Shown here: piece after piece, positions 41,340-50,852 of the stretch
Position numbering within the stretch: the stretch's first letter is position 1
Layout: every line of letters starts with the position of its first letter
Virus record (IMG/VR): IMGVR_UViG_3300010352_000625
Span: 64,001-128,000 of that record
Length of the DNA: 64,000 nt
Origin: a virus
Lineage: Duplodnaviria > Caudoviricetes
Direction: 5' to 3' (one strand)
Program-made: the position numbers and the translations under genes
Notes under the pieces: generated by a model
Database searches by the model: none
What the model was told of the DNA's origin: nothing
Seen by the model: only the letters and a program-made list of their open reading frames with translations

Positions 41340-44300
41340 ATGACAAATTTAAATTACATAGATATCAATTATGATGCAACATTTACAAAAATAGATGATT
41401 CTACAGATTTGGGTACTGTATCTGTAAATAAAACTGTTTATATTGATACTTTATTTGAAGCACCAGTAAATAGAGATTTTTATAGATATATTTTAGATGG
41501 TAATACATTAAATTATAATAAATTTGGTAATGATGCATATATAAGTAATATTAATACTAGAGATATTAATGCAAACTTAGTTAATAGTTTATCTCATTTT
41601 GTTATAAATAAAAATAATTATTATTTCTGTAATTCAGATAATAAAATAAATGCGTATACAAATACTGGAACATTATATTATACAACTGAAAATGATTATA
41701 TTAATATTAAGTCAATGATATTAGGTGTAGGTAATAATATATATGTTAAGTATGATACTAATAAAATTGATTGTTTAGTTGTTTTAGCAAACATGTTAGA
41801 TATTAATTGGACTATTAGCAACGATGATTTTGGTGATTATTTAGCTTCTGATGATAATTATATATATGTTAATAGTATTTCAAATAAAAATCAAATTTAT
41901 GTTATTAATCCTAGACTAGTAAATGAAGGAGATTATATCGATAGAATAATTACTATAACAGGGTTTAGTGCTGAATATGATAGTAATGAACATAAAACTG
42001 TTAAATATATTAAGTGTTATAATAATTATATGTTTTGTTTATTTGGTACAGATAATGATACAAGACCTTCTTATATTTGTAAAATAGATTTAAATGATGA
42101 TAGTATAATATTTAATATTATAATTAGTGATAATTACACTATAGCAACTAGTAATTTATACACTGTTAATAATACAATCTATTTTGCTAAACATAATATA
42201 TTATATAAAATGGATTTAGATATAGTTACTGATAGTCAAAAAATATTTAATGATAATTCAAATATAATTAAAATTGGTAAATATAATGAAGAAGAATTAT
42301 ATATTTTAACTGATAATAATAGATTAGTTATACTTAAATTGAATGATAATGATAATAAAATAGGTAATATTATATATAATTATAATGATAGTAATGATAC
42401 TGATAAAATTTTACTTGATATTGAATTAGATAATAAAAACAATTCATTATATTTTATTTATAATAATTCTATTGAAAATAAATTCCCAAGTCTAATAATA
42501 GATGATAATGGATTAATTGGTAGTCCATGTTATAAATTAGATGGCGGCGGAAGTTATATTGAATTTGAATCAATGCCAATGTCTAATAAAAATTTTAGTA
42601 CTTCTATTAGTTTTAAACCAACTAAAATAAACAATAATAAGAGTGTATTGTTTGGTGGTAGTGATAATTATAATTGGAAAGCAATATGTTGGTCAGATTA
42701 TTTAAATGTATTTTGTTCTATCACTGAAAACGATAATGTTACATCTATAATGCCAGATGATGGTTCAGAAAATTGGTATACTAATGATACTAGAACATTA
42801 CCTGTAGCTAGTTGGAACTCTATTTGTTGGGATAATGTTCATAATTTATTCTATATTGTTTCAAATGATAATAAATTTGCTTATTCTTCAGATGGATTAA
42901 ATTGGTCTTTATTATCAAATGTTCCAAATGATTATGAATGGAATAAAGTATATTTTGCTGAATATATAAATAATATATATGTGATACAAAAAAATTCAAA
43001 TAAATTAATATATAATATGGATGTTAATGGTACATGGAGAGAAATAACATTACCTATTACTTCTGATTGGAAAGATATAACTTATAGAAATTCAGATAAA
43101 TTGTTATTGTTAGTTGATGGAACTAATATAATACAAAATATAAAAAATCATAATGTATTTAATATTATAACTGTTGGTGATACAACACATAAATGGACTA
43201 ATATTATTTATAATAAATATTTAAATAAATTTATTGCTATAGGTAAAAACACAAATAAAATAGCTTACTCATCTAATGGTATAATCTGGGAAATAAAAGA
43301 ATTACCATACATAGATGTTTGGGTTTCTCTTGTCTATGACCCTCATATATTAAATAAATATTTATTATTTAGTGAAAACAATGATACATATTTAATATCA
43401 GATGATTTAATTAACTGGACAACAATTACAGAATTAGATTATTATTATAATATAAAAGATGTTGCAGTTAGTAATAGTAGAATATGTGTATTATTAGGTG
43501 ATGTTGATTTAACCTTTTACCCTACTGGTGGATCAGATGTAGTGATAGATAAGAAACATTGTCTATCACAAAAAAATATATTCAATAGAAATGTAACTAA
43601 ATCAACATTTCAATTATATTTTAGTGAGTATGATAATTTCTTATATGTTTTATATGGTAATTATAAATTTAAATGCTATTTTAAATTAGATAGTAGTAAA
43701 TTAGATGAATGGCAAATCATCTCAGCTATAGTTAATAATAATAATGTTAAAGTTTATTTAGGTGATAAATTAATATCTAATCATAATATTACTGATGATT
43801 TAGATGTTTATAATTATGATATAAATACAGATGATAAAATCTATTTTATTCATAATGGTAATGATACTTTCTATAATATTTATACATTTAGAATAGGTAA
43901 TTCTACATTTAATAATAATGATGATAAAGATTTATATGGTTATGTTAATGATTTCATATTATATAATTATAGTATAACAGAAAAAGAAATAGATGATATT
44001 TCTAAAGTTAAAGTATTACATTGTAGATTTAATTATGATTACACTGAACCTGTTTATGATAATTTAATTCATGATATTAGTTGTTATAAACATAATTTAA
44101 CAGGTAATTCAGATTATATAACCGAAGAAGATTCTTTTAAATTTGATAGTAATAAAAGTTTAACTGTTGCGAATAAAAATTATAATTTCAATAATGATAA
44201 ATTTACATTATCTTTTTGGTATAAAAATAAAACTGATATTAATGATATTGGTAGTAAAATATTAGTGAGTAATTACAATACATTAGACCCTTATATGATG

Positions 44301-45686
44301 TTAATGGCTGATCAATTTAAACCAACCACGGATATTCCAGTTAAATTAATACAAAGTAGATACATGTATAATGAATTTAATATTATGTTATTTGCTGATA
44401 GATGGATTAGCGATGATGATTATTACTATTATACTATTAATAATACTAATATTACTAGTGATACTATTATAGACATATTACCTAGTATTAATATTTCTGA
44501 ATTTGCATTAAACAATTTAATAGAGTGTGGTGTTGAAGGTCATAGTCAAACCGAAGGTTCTTTTATTGTTAAATGTTATAAAACAAAACCAGTTGTTGAT
44601 GTTCCTATAAGAGTAATAACAAGAACATGGGTACCTGAAGAAATGATTTTACAAAATATAACTTTATTAGCTAGTAAATGGAATAATAATTTATATACTA
44701 TAGAATTAGATAATATTAAATCCACAGACACTATAGAAATGATTATAAACGAATCAATAACATATAAACAATATAATGCTATAATATCAGCTGATCTAAC
44801 TGGGTATTCTCAAACAGATGGGTCTTTTGTTATTAAAGCTAACGGAACAGTTCCGACTATTAATGTTTCAATTCTATTTTATATTAATTCAACAACATCT
44901 AAAATAACTAATATGACATTAGACAGAAATTATTGGTTGGGTGAATCAAAACCATTTAATTATAGACTAGAATTGGAAGATATGAATGATAATTTTGTTA
45001 ATATAATACCAGCTGATGATATTAATTCTGTTGAAATGAATATGTTACAAACTGTAGGAATACGTGATGGTGGAATATTTGGTATAGAATCTAGTGGTTG
45101 GGTAATATCATATATGCCGACAGATGAAGATTCTGATATATATTCTTTACATTTTGTAATGATGGATAAAAATAGAAATCTAGTAAAATTTAAATTAACT
45201 AATGACAATCATGATTATAATGAATGGAACAATTATACTATTACTTACAATAATGGAATATTTAACTCTTATGTAAATGGTATTCCTCAAAAAGTTGAAA
45301 ATTATAAGAATTATATAACAAGTAATAATATAGTTGTAGGAACAAATATTAGTTTAATAAATGATATAGATGTTGGAGTGCTAAGTGGTGAGTATTTCAT
45401 GAAAGAATTTAGAATATATCACGAAGTCTTAAATCATAATTATATACTAGAATTATATAATAGAGGAAACATGTTAAATTCGAACGGTGCTTTATATACT
45501 ACAGATGTAATAGAAGATAATGAAATTGTTGATATTTATAAAGAAGGATTAAAAGTTAAAACTATAACAGAATTAACTAACACAGACCCAGATTCAACGA
45601 TTGAAAAAGATATATTAATCAATTTAAATTATGGAATTGATAGTAATGAAGTATTATTAAAAGATGAAATATATGAAACTTTATAA
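41340..45686 (+). CDS. Large fibre/receptor-binding protein (beta-propellers, LamG domains, tandem fibre modules)
   Basis: W..I.W/Y and S.DG..W (BNR-like) repeats; LamG motifs GYVNDFILYN and MKEFRIYH. Confidence 0.8.
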   Translation: MTNLNYIDINYDATFTKIDDSTDLGTVSVNKTVYIDTLFEAPVNRDFYRYILDGNTLNYNKFGNDAYISNINTRDINANLVNSLSHFVINKNNYYFCNSDNKINAYTNTGTLYYTTENDYINIKSMILGVGNNIYVKYDTNKIDCLVVLANMLDINWTISNDDFGDYLASDDNYIYVNSISNKNQIYVINPRLVNEGDYIDRIITITGFSAEYDSNEHKTVKYIKCYNNYMFCLFGTDNDTRPSYICKIDLNDDSIIFNIIISDNYTIATSNLYTVNNTIYFAKHNILYKMDLDIVTDSQKIFNDNSNIIKIGKYNEEELYILTDNNRLVILKLNDNDNKIGNIIYNYNDSNDTDKILLDIELDNKNNSLYFIYNNSIENKFPSLIIDDNGLIGSPCYKLDGGGSYIEFESMPMSNKNFSTSISFKPTKINNNKSVLFGGSDNYNWKAICWSDYLNVFCSITENDNVTSIMPDDGSENWYTNDTRTLPVASWNSICWDNVHNLFYIVSNDNKFAYSSDGLNWSLLSNVPNDYEWNKVYFAEYINNIYVIQKNSNKLIYNMDVNGTWREITLPITSDWKDITYRNSDKLLLLVDGTNIIQNIKNHNVFNIITVGDTTHKWTNIIYNKYLNKFIAIGKNTNKIAYSSNGIIWEIKELPYIDVWVSLVYDPHILNKYLLFSENNDTYLISDDLINWTTITELDYYYNIKDVAVSNSRICVLLGDVDLTFYPTGGSDVVIDKKHCLSQKNIFNRNVTKSTFQLYFSEYDNFLYVLYGNYKFKCYFKLDSSKLDEWQIISAIVNNNNVKVYLGDKLISNHNITDDLDVYNYDINTDDKIYFIHNGNDTFYNIYTFRIGNSTFNNNDDKDLYGYVNDFILYNYSITEKEIDDISKVKVLHCRFNYDYTEPVYDNLIHDISCYKHNLTGNSDYITEEDSFKFDSNKSLTVANKNYNFNNDKFTLSFWYKNKTDINDIGSKILVSNYNTLDPYMMLMADQFKPTTDIPVKLIQSRYMYNEFNIMLFADRWISDDDYYYYTINNTNITSDTIIDILPSINISEFALNNLIECGVEGHSQTEGSFIVKCYKTKPVVDVPIRVITRTWVPEEMILQNITLLASKWNNNLYTIELDNIKSTDTIEMIINESITYKQYNAIISADLTGYSQTDGSFVIKANGTVPTINVSILFYINSTTSKITNMTLDRNYWLGESKPFNYRLELEDMNDNFVNIIPADDINSVEMNMLQTVGIRDGGIFGIESSGWVISYMPTDEDSDIYSLHFVMMDKNRNLVKFKLTNDNHDYNEWNNYTITYNNGIFNSYVNGIPQKVENYKNYITSNNIVVGTNISLINDIDVGVLSGEYFMKEFRIYHEVLNHNYILELYNRGNMLNSNGALYTTDVIEDNEIVDIYKEGLKVKTITELTNTDPDSTIEKDILINLNYGIDSNEVLLKDEIYETL

Positions 45687-45703
45687 AGAGTGGGTGAAAT
45701 AGA

Positions 45704-46678
45704 TTGGTTATTAAAACAAATTTTGGAACAAGACAAGCAACAGAAGCTAATATGGGATTAGTTAAATTTGCTTCTGAAGATGAAATTATAGCAGGAATAA
45801 GTACTAATACTGTTGTCAATCCTAAGGGTATTAAATCTGCTATCAATTCTATTAATGGTTTAATATATGATGTAACTTTATTGTCTACTAATTGGGTAGG
45901 CACAACTGCTCCTTATACTTATACGATAAATAGTATTACTGGAATAACAGCTAATACTAATATGCATACTATATTAAGTTCAAATATTAATATCAATCAA
46001 TTATCAGCATTTCAGGAAGCAATGATTGTTGATGGTGGATTAGATACTGATACTATAATTTTTAAAGCATTAGGAATTAAACCAACTGTTAATATACCTT
46101 TAAAAATAATTGTAAGTAAATCATTATATATTGAAGATGATTATGAACCTCAATATGAAGTAGAAACTTTACCTAGAGCCACAACAGACATTTACGGTAC
46201 TGTCAGATTAGCTACACCTTTAGATGTAGAAGAAGCTACTAATGATATAAGAGTTATAACACCTTTTCTATTGGGTAAAAATGTAGCAAATGGTGTTGCT
46301 GGTTTAGACGCTAATTTATTAATTGATGATTCTTTTATTTCTGATAATATAGCTAGATTAGTTTCTCCTACATTAACTGGTACTCCTACAGCACCTACAG
46401 CTGAAGTTGGTACAAATACTGAACAATTAGCAACCACCGAATTTGTTAATAATAGTATAACTAATGTTGATAATACGTATACTATGATAGATAATCAAAC
46501 TATTGTTGATATCTCTGATATATGGATTGATACTAACTATAAATTAACTGTATATATAAATAGATTATATTCCATTGAAAATGTTCATTACATCAAAAAT
46601 ACTATGAATAAAACTATTACTTTAACTAATACATCTGCTGAAAATGATTTAGTCACAGTTATAGTTAGACCTATATAA
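45704..46678 (+). CDS. Tail fibre protein
   Basis: ATE...GLVKFA and SPTLTGTPTAPTA...TNTEQLATTEFV fibre motifs. Confidence 0.85.
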   Translation: MVIKTNFGTRQATEANMGLVKFASEDEIIAGISTNTVVNPKGIKSAINSINGLIYDVTLLSTNWVGTTAPYTYTINSITGITANTNMHTILSSNININQLSAFQEAMIVDGGLDTDTIIFKALGIKPTVNIPLKIIVSKSLYIEDDYEPQYEVETLPRATTDIYGTVRLATPLDVEEATNDIRVITPFLLGKNVANGVAGLDANLLIDDSFISDNIARLVSPTLTGTPTAPTAEVGTNTEQLATTEFVNNSITNVDNTYTMIDNQTIVDISDIWIDTNYKLTVYINRLYSIENVHYIKNTMNKTITLTNTSAENDLVTVIVRPI

Positions 46679-46698
46679 ATGTAAAGGAATGAAAATAA

Positions 46699-47922
46699 AT
46701 GGCAAATAACGTACATTATGGTCCTGATATCAAATCTAGAATATTTGATGTTATACTACTACCACTAAGTTGGATAGGGTCAACTTCACCATTTACATAT
46801 ACTATTAGTACTATAACAAATGTAAACCCAACATCAATAATTCATATTATACCAAGTATTAATATTACTTCTGAAGAATATACAGCATATATAAACGCTA
46901 ATCTTATTGATGGAGGAATTGTTAATAATACTGTAACAGTTAAGTCAGTAGGAGCAAAACCTACAATCAATATACCAGTGAGAATAATTGTAAGTAATTC
47001 TATTTTTGTTGAATCTAAATATGAATTAAGCAGTTATCCAGTAGCTAATGAAACAGAAGTTGGATTATTAAGATTAGCTACAAATGAAGAAATAAATACT
47101 GGGTTAGATAATACTACAGCTGTGTCACCTTTAGGATTATATAATAATTATCTTAAATTAACAGGTGGAACTTTAACTGGTCAATTAAATGGTACAACAA
47201 TAACAGCAACTTCTTTTGTTGGTAATGCATCATCAGCTACAAAATTAGCTACTGCTAGAAATATAGCATTAACAGGTGGAGTAACTGGCTCAGTTGCTTT
47301 TGATGGTTCAGCGAATGTTTCACTTACAACAACAATAGCTAATAATAGTCACACACATACTGGTGATAATATAACTAGTAAAGTCGCATCCAGTACTTTA
47401 TCTGATTCAACAAATGCTATAGCTGGAATTTCGGTATATACAGGTACGACTAATCCAACAAGTTCAACTAGAGTTAATGTTAATGGTTATTTATATGCTA
47501 CTAGAATGTATAATGCTGTATATAATGACTATGCCGAATGTTTTGACACAACAATACATTATAATGATTGTAAAAATAGAATAATTGAATTTAATAATGG
47601 TAAAGCATATTTAGCTGAAGCAGAATCAGATAAAGTTATAGGTATTGTTTCTGATACTTACGGTTTTATACTATATGGTTCAGAAGAAAGTATTAAAGAA
47701 GGTTTGAAAGTACCTGTTGGTATGGCTGGTACATTAAAAGTAGATTCAGAAACGAAAGTATCAATTAATGATATTAATAAATTTATCATATCTGGAATAG
47801 AAGGTAAAGCTAGAGTTATTGAAAAAAATGACATAGTTAATCATTTTGGATGTATAGTTGGAAAAATAATTGATATAGATGAAGAAAAAAATCAATATAA
47901 AGTAATTATATCACTTAAATAG
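46699..47922 (+). CDS. Tail fibre with C-terminal intramolecular chaperone (paralog of 37030)
   Basis: KLATARNIALTG...FDGS; NAVYNDYAECF...IGIVS...VPVGMAG. Confidence 0.85.
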   Translation: MANNVHYGPDIKSRIFDVILLPLSWIGSTSPFTYTISTITNVNPTSIIHIIPSINITSEEYTAYINANLIDGGIVNNTVTVKSVGAKPTINIPVRIIVSNSIFVESKYELSSYPVANETEVGLLRLATNEEINTGLDNTTAVSPLGLYNNYLKLTGGTLTGQLNGTTITATSFVGNASSATKLATARNIALTGGVTGSVAFDGSANVSLTTTIANNSHTHTGDNITSKVASSTLSDSTNAIAGISVYTGTTNPTSSTRVNVNGYLYATRMYNAVYNDYAECFDTTIHYNDCKNRIIEFNNGKAYLAEAESDKVIGIVSDTYGFILYGSEESIKEGLKVPVGMAGTLKVDSETKVSINDINKFIISGIEGKARVIEKNDIVNHFGCIVGKIIDIDEEKNQYKVIISLK

Positions 47923-47927
47923 ATAAT

Positions 47928-47960
47928 AAAAAAGAGAGATATTAATTTATCTCTCTTTTT
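47928..47960. terminator. Bidirectional terminator between convergent modules
   Basis: AAAAAGAGAGAT/ATCTCTCTTTTT inverted repeat. Confidence 0.9.
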
Positions 47961-47963
47961 GTT

Positions 47964-48770
47964 TTATTTATCTTCGCTTTCGATGGTAGGAATAGCTACT
48001 GTAGTATATTTAGGGTCTTCATCGAATATATTTTTAAATATCATTCCAACTAATATTGAATAGTTATAATTTATTTTATTCTGATAATCCATACTGTTAG
48101 CACCTAAATAACCAGCATTAGCTAATTTAATATTACCTTTATTTTTTCTTCTGTAGTTATCCCATACTTTAAATCCCGCATATATATTTTTATAAGTGTT
48201 TGTATATAATTCTTCTCTTGTTATACCGTAATTCTTTCTTATTGTAGTTGCCCAAACACTAGGCATTATTTGACTTATACCTACAGCACCAGCACTACTT
48301 CTAGCACTCATCTTAAAATGTGATTCAACTGCACATAAAGCTATATAATACAATACGTGTTGTTTATCTTTTTCTTCTTCAAATAATTTCATGTATGCTT
48401 GCGTAACTTCATCAATATATTGAGGGTCATCATCATTAAAAATAAGTCTAATAAAATTAGATATTTTTTGCTCAACATCATTAACAGATAATTCATAATA
48501 ATAAGAGTATTCATATCTTTCATTTTTAAATATATGATTAATAGGTGTTTTAGTTATAAATGAAGTATTATATTCCACTAGCATACCTATAATAAATGCT
48601 ACAGTTAATATTAGACTAAGAAATATTAATCCTACAATACCTTTAGTTAATTTTTTTAGTTTAAAAAAACTTTTAATTTTTTTAATATAATGATTTTTTC
48701 TATGTTTATTATCTGCTTTCTTAATAATATCTTCTTTCTTTTTGTTATTATCTTTTATAGTATTAATAAT
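47964..48770 (-). CDS. Membrane-anchored lytic transglycosylase (SLT); extended to an ATT start at 48770
   Basis: AVESHF...SSAGAVGISQIMP...NI.AG...AGY motifs. The frame is open 62 codons upstream of the track start, reaching ATT 7 nt after GAGGAG and adding a basic region and a TM helix. Confidence 0.85.
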   Translation of the reverse strand: MINTIKDNNKKKEDIIKKADNKHRKNHYIKKIKSFFKLKKLTKGIVGLIFLSLILTVAFIIGMLVEYNTSFITKTPINHIFKNERYEYSYYYELSVNDVEQKISNFIRLIFNDDDPQYIDEVTQAYMKLFEEEKDKQHVLYYIALCAVESHFKMSARSSAGAVGISQIMPSVWATTIRKNYGITREELYTNTYKNIYAGFKVWDNYRRKNKGNIKLANAGYLGANSMDYQNKINYNYSILVGMIFKNIFDEDPKYTTVAIPTIESEDK

Positions 48771-48800
48771 AAAACAACTCCTCTTTTTATTATGAAAAAT

Positions 48801-48840
48801 AAAAGCAGTAATTAAGTTATTAGCTTCACTACTGCTTTTT
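48801..48840. terminator. Stem-loop / terminator
   Basis: AAAAGCAGTA/TACTGCTTTT inverted repeat with a long loop. Confidence 0.55.
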
Positions 48841-48864
48841 CTATATTATATAATATTCTTTTTC

Positions 48865-49095
48865 TTACCATTCAGAATTTCTGTTGACTTCAACTAATTC
48901 TCTTATGGCCCATTTCAAATCTATTAAAGAATATTCTGTTATTGTTCTTTCGAACCCATCTCCCCATTTTAACACGACATGATAATTTTTATCATGCACT
49001 GAGTAATCGATACCCACAATATATTTATGGAATTTTTTCGGTATCTTTTGTAAAATTAAATTGTCAATAACTTTAATATCTTTCATTTTTTGCAC
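48865..49095 (-). CDS. Hypothetical protein
   Basis: ORF track; SD GAAGG. Confidence 0.65.
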   Translation of the reverse strand: MQKMKDIKVIDNLILQKIPKKFHKYIVGIDYSVHDKNYHVVLKWGDGFERTITEYSLIDLKWAIRELVEVNRNSEW

Positions 49096-49139
49096 CTTCT
49101 TATTTAAACTTATACTAATTATAAATTATATAAACTTAT

Positions 49140-49260
49140 TAAGTATAAGTTTAATTGTAGTGAACTAATTACAGCCTAAAGGATGTAATCTTCCTGCTTC
49201 AACGGCTACAAGGTTCATAGTCTCCACAGGCTTGAATTCCCTAGGTTCCCTAGGTATTTG
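49140..49260 (-). ncRNA. TnpB omegaRNA (reRNA)-like scaffold plus flanking guide
   Basis: ATACCTAGGGAACCTAGGGAATTCAAGCCTGTGGAGAC...CGTTGAAGCAGGAAG...TTTAGG...TAGTTCAC resembles the 3' ends of IS605 tnpB loci. Confidence 0.75.
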
Positions 49261-49323
49261 ATTTTTAATTATTTTAGTCATTCATATTACCACCTAAAGG
49301 CAGTAATCTTTCTGTCTATTGTA
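49160..49323 (-). mobile_element. Non-autonomous IS200/IS605-family miniature element (no tnpA or tnpB)
   Basis: Two same-orientation imperfect hairpins ATTAC..CCTAAAGG..GTAATCTT (49168-49192, 49286-49310). On the minus strand AAAG precedes the left hairpin with TTAC on the flank. GAAG precedes the right hairpin and the element ends in TCAC. Confidence 0.85.
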
Positions 49324-49350
49324 GTAAATGTTTTTACATTATTTCTATTT

Positions 49351-49611
49351 TTATCTAGCTTTAATTTCTTCTTCTGGTTCTTCAACTTCCGGTGCTTGAA
49401 CTTCTGGTGATGTTTCAGATTCTTCAGGTTTAACTTCTGTCAAATATCCTAACTTCATACCTAGTTCTATGGTAACTCTGTATTCACCTTGAAGTCTCTT
49501 TTGTTCATCTTTCCCTTCTTCTACTTGTTTTGTTATAGCATCAAACTTATTTTTAATATCATCAAGTTTCTTTAAAAATTCGTTTGGTATTGCATTATTT
49601 TCTGTTGTCAT
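49351..49611 (-). CDS. Hypothetical coiled-coil protein with acidic tail
   Basis: ORF track; SD AGGAG. Confidence 0.75.
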   Translation of the reverse strand: MTTENNAIPNEFLKKLDDIKNKFDAITKQVEEGKDEQKRLQGEYRVTIELGMKLGYLTEVKPEESETSPEVQAPEVEEPEEEIKAR

Positions 49612-49743
49612 TTTCTAAACCATACTCCTTTTTATCTTTGCTTATTTATTATTTAACTTATAACATTTTATATAAATTAATAATTAATTCTTAATTTTAC
49701 TCACAACATTAGAAAAAAGAAATGTTTTGTGTAATATCAGAAA

Positions 49744-49908
49744 TTATATAATTTCTAGTTCTTCCCAACAATCTCTGCATGTAGGTTTACAATCTCTTTC
49801 ACTTTTATCCATTAGATGTGGACAATATGTATTATCGATAATCCATTCTTTTAATTCTTCATTTGTCATTTTTCTTATATCATTAATTAAATTATCAATT
49901 TTTGTCAT
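49744..49908 (-). CDS. Small Cys-rich hypothetical protein (54 aa)
   Basis: MTKIDNLINDIRKMTNEELKEWI...CPH...C.PTCRDCWEE; fits the minus-strand operon. Confidence 0.7.
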   Translation of the reverse strand: MTKIDNLINDIRKMTNEELKEWIIDNTYCPHLMDKSERDCKPTCRDCWEELEII

Positions 49909-49926
49909 TTGATATATCATCTTTCA

Positions 49927-50250
49927 TTATTCGATTTTTTTAATTCCAAATACAACATAATCACTGTTTATTCCTAGAGCAGATAATGGTAAAACATAGC
50001 TAATTATAAAACTCATTGTATCAGCTTCTTTCATCGTTTTAACAAATTCATTATCTCTGAGATATTGATAATCATTTTTGCCATCATAATAACTAGTATA
50101 ACCTCTGGGTTCTCTAGCACATCGATAAAATTTTACTACATCACCATCTTGATAACCTCTATAGTTCTGTCTTAATTCAAAAGTTTTATGACCTGTTTTA
50201 ACTGCGTTCCAATATTCATCTAGTAGTTTCAAATGATGTGTTTGATTCAT
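49927..50250 (-). CDS. DUF3850 / ASCH-like protein
   Basis: HHLK...Y..AVKTGHKTFELRQN.RGYQ.GD. Confidence 0.85.
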   Translation of the reverse strand: MNQTHHLKLLDEYWNAVKTGHKTFELRQNYRGYQDGDVVKFYRCAREPRGYTSYYDGKNDYQYLRDNEFVKTMKEADTMSFIISYVLPLSALGINSDYVVFGIKKIE

Positions 50251-50256
50251 TTTTTA

Positions 50257-50850
50257 TTATCCTCTAATTATTTCATATAATTCATCTGGGGATAGTGACA
50301 TATTATTCATTAATTTTTCTATTGCTCTATCTCGTTGATTCTTCATTTTTTCAAGATCCGTTTGAAGTATAGATATATATTTTGTGTTTTTTTCATTATC
50401 TTCTAATAGTTGAGCAAGTTGAGTATTTAATTCCATCTGTTCATCTTCCTTATCATAAATATTTCCGATAATTTCAAATTTATCTTCATCTAATATATCA
50501 TTACCAACATAATGTTTTAGATTATAGTGTACCCAGTTATATTTTTGTACTAAATTTAATGGTATTGCTCTAAATGCGCCATCTTCGAATTCAACATAAT
50601 ATTTCCAATATCCTTGTTTATATAAAATATCTCCTTCAAATACTCTAGTTTTATTTTTATCTGTAAATCCAGAATATTCCTGAATTGTATTTGGGTCAAC
50701 TTCAACTTTATCAATATTATACAACATATCTGACCTATCAATATAAGATAATACATTACCATCAATTGTTTTTTCTTTTAAATAAAAACCATAATGCCAT
50801 TTTTTATGTTTATCTTTTCCTCTATAGATTATATCTCTCAACTTTACCAC
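50257..50850 (-). CDS. YopX family protein
   Basis: I.YRG...W.YG, YSGFTDKN...FEGDIL and EIIGNIYD motifs. Confidence 0.9.
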   Translation of the reverse strand: MVKLRDIIYRGKDKHKKWHYGFYLKEKTIDGNVLSYIDRSDMLYNIDKVEVDPNTIQEYSGFTDKNKTRVFEGDILYKQGYWKYYVEFEDGAFRAIPLNLVQKYNWVHYNLKHYVGNDILDEDKFEIIGNIYDKEDEQMELNTQLAQLLEDNEKNTKYISILQTDLEKMKNQRDRAIEKLMNNMSLSPDELYEIIRG

Positions 50851-50852
50851 CC

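Noticed and set aside
30819-47922. Diversity-generating retroelement or invertible fibre cassette
   Set aside because: No reverse transcriptase, recombinase or near-identical TR/VR pair was seen; the paralogous segments are diverged at all bases.
49160-49323. tRNA, CRISPR array or group I IStron
   Set aside because: No cloverleaf, only two hairpin copies, and too short for an intron core. IS200/IS605 ends explain it better.
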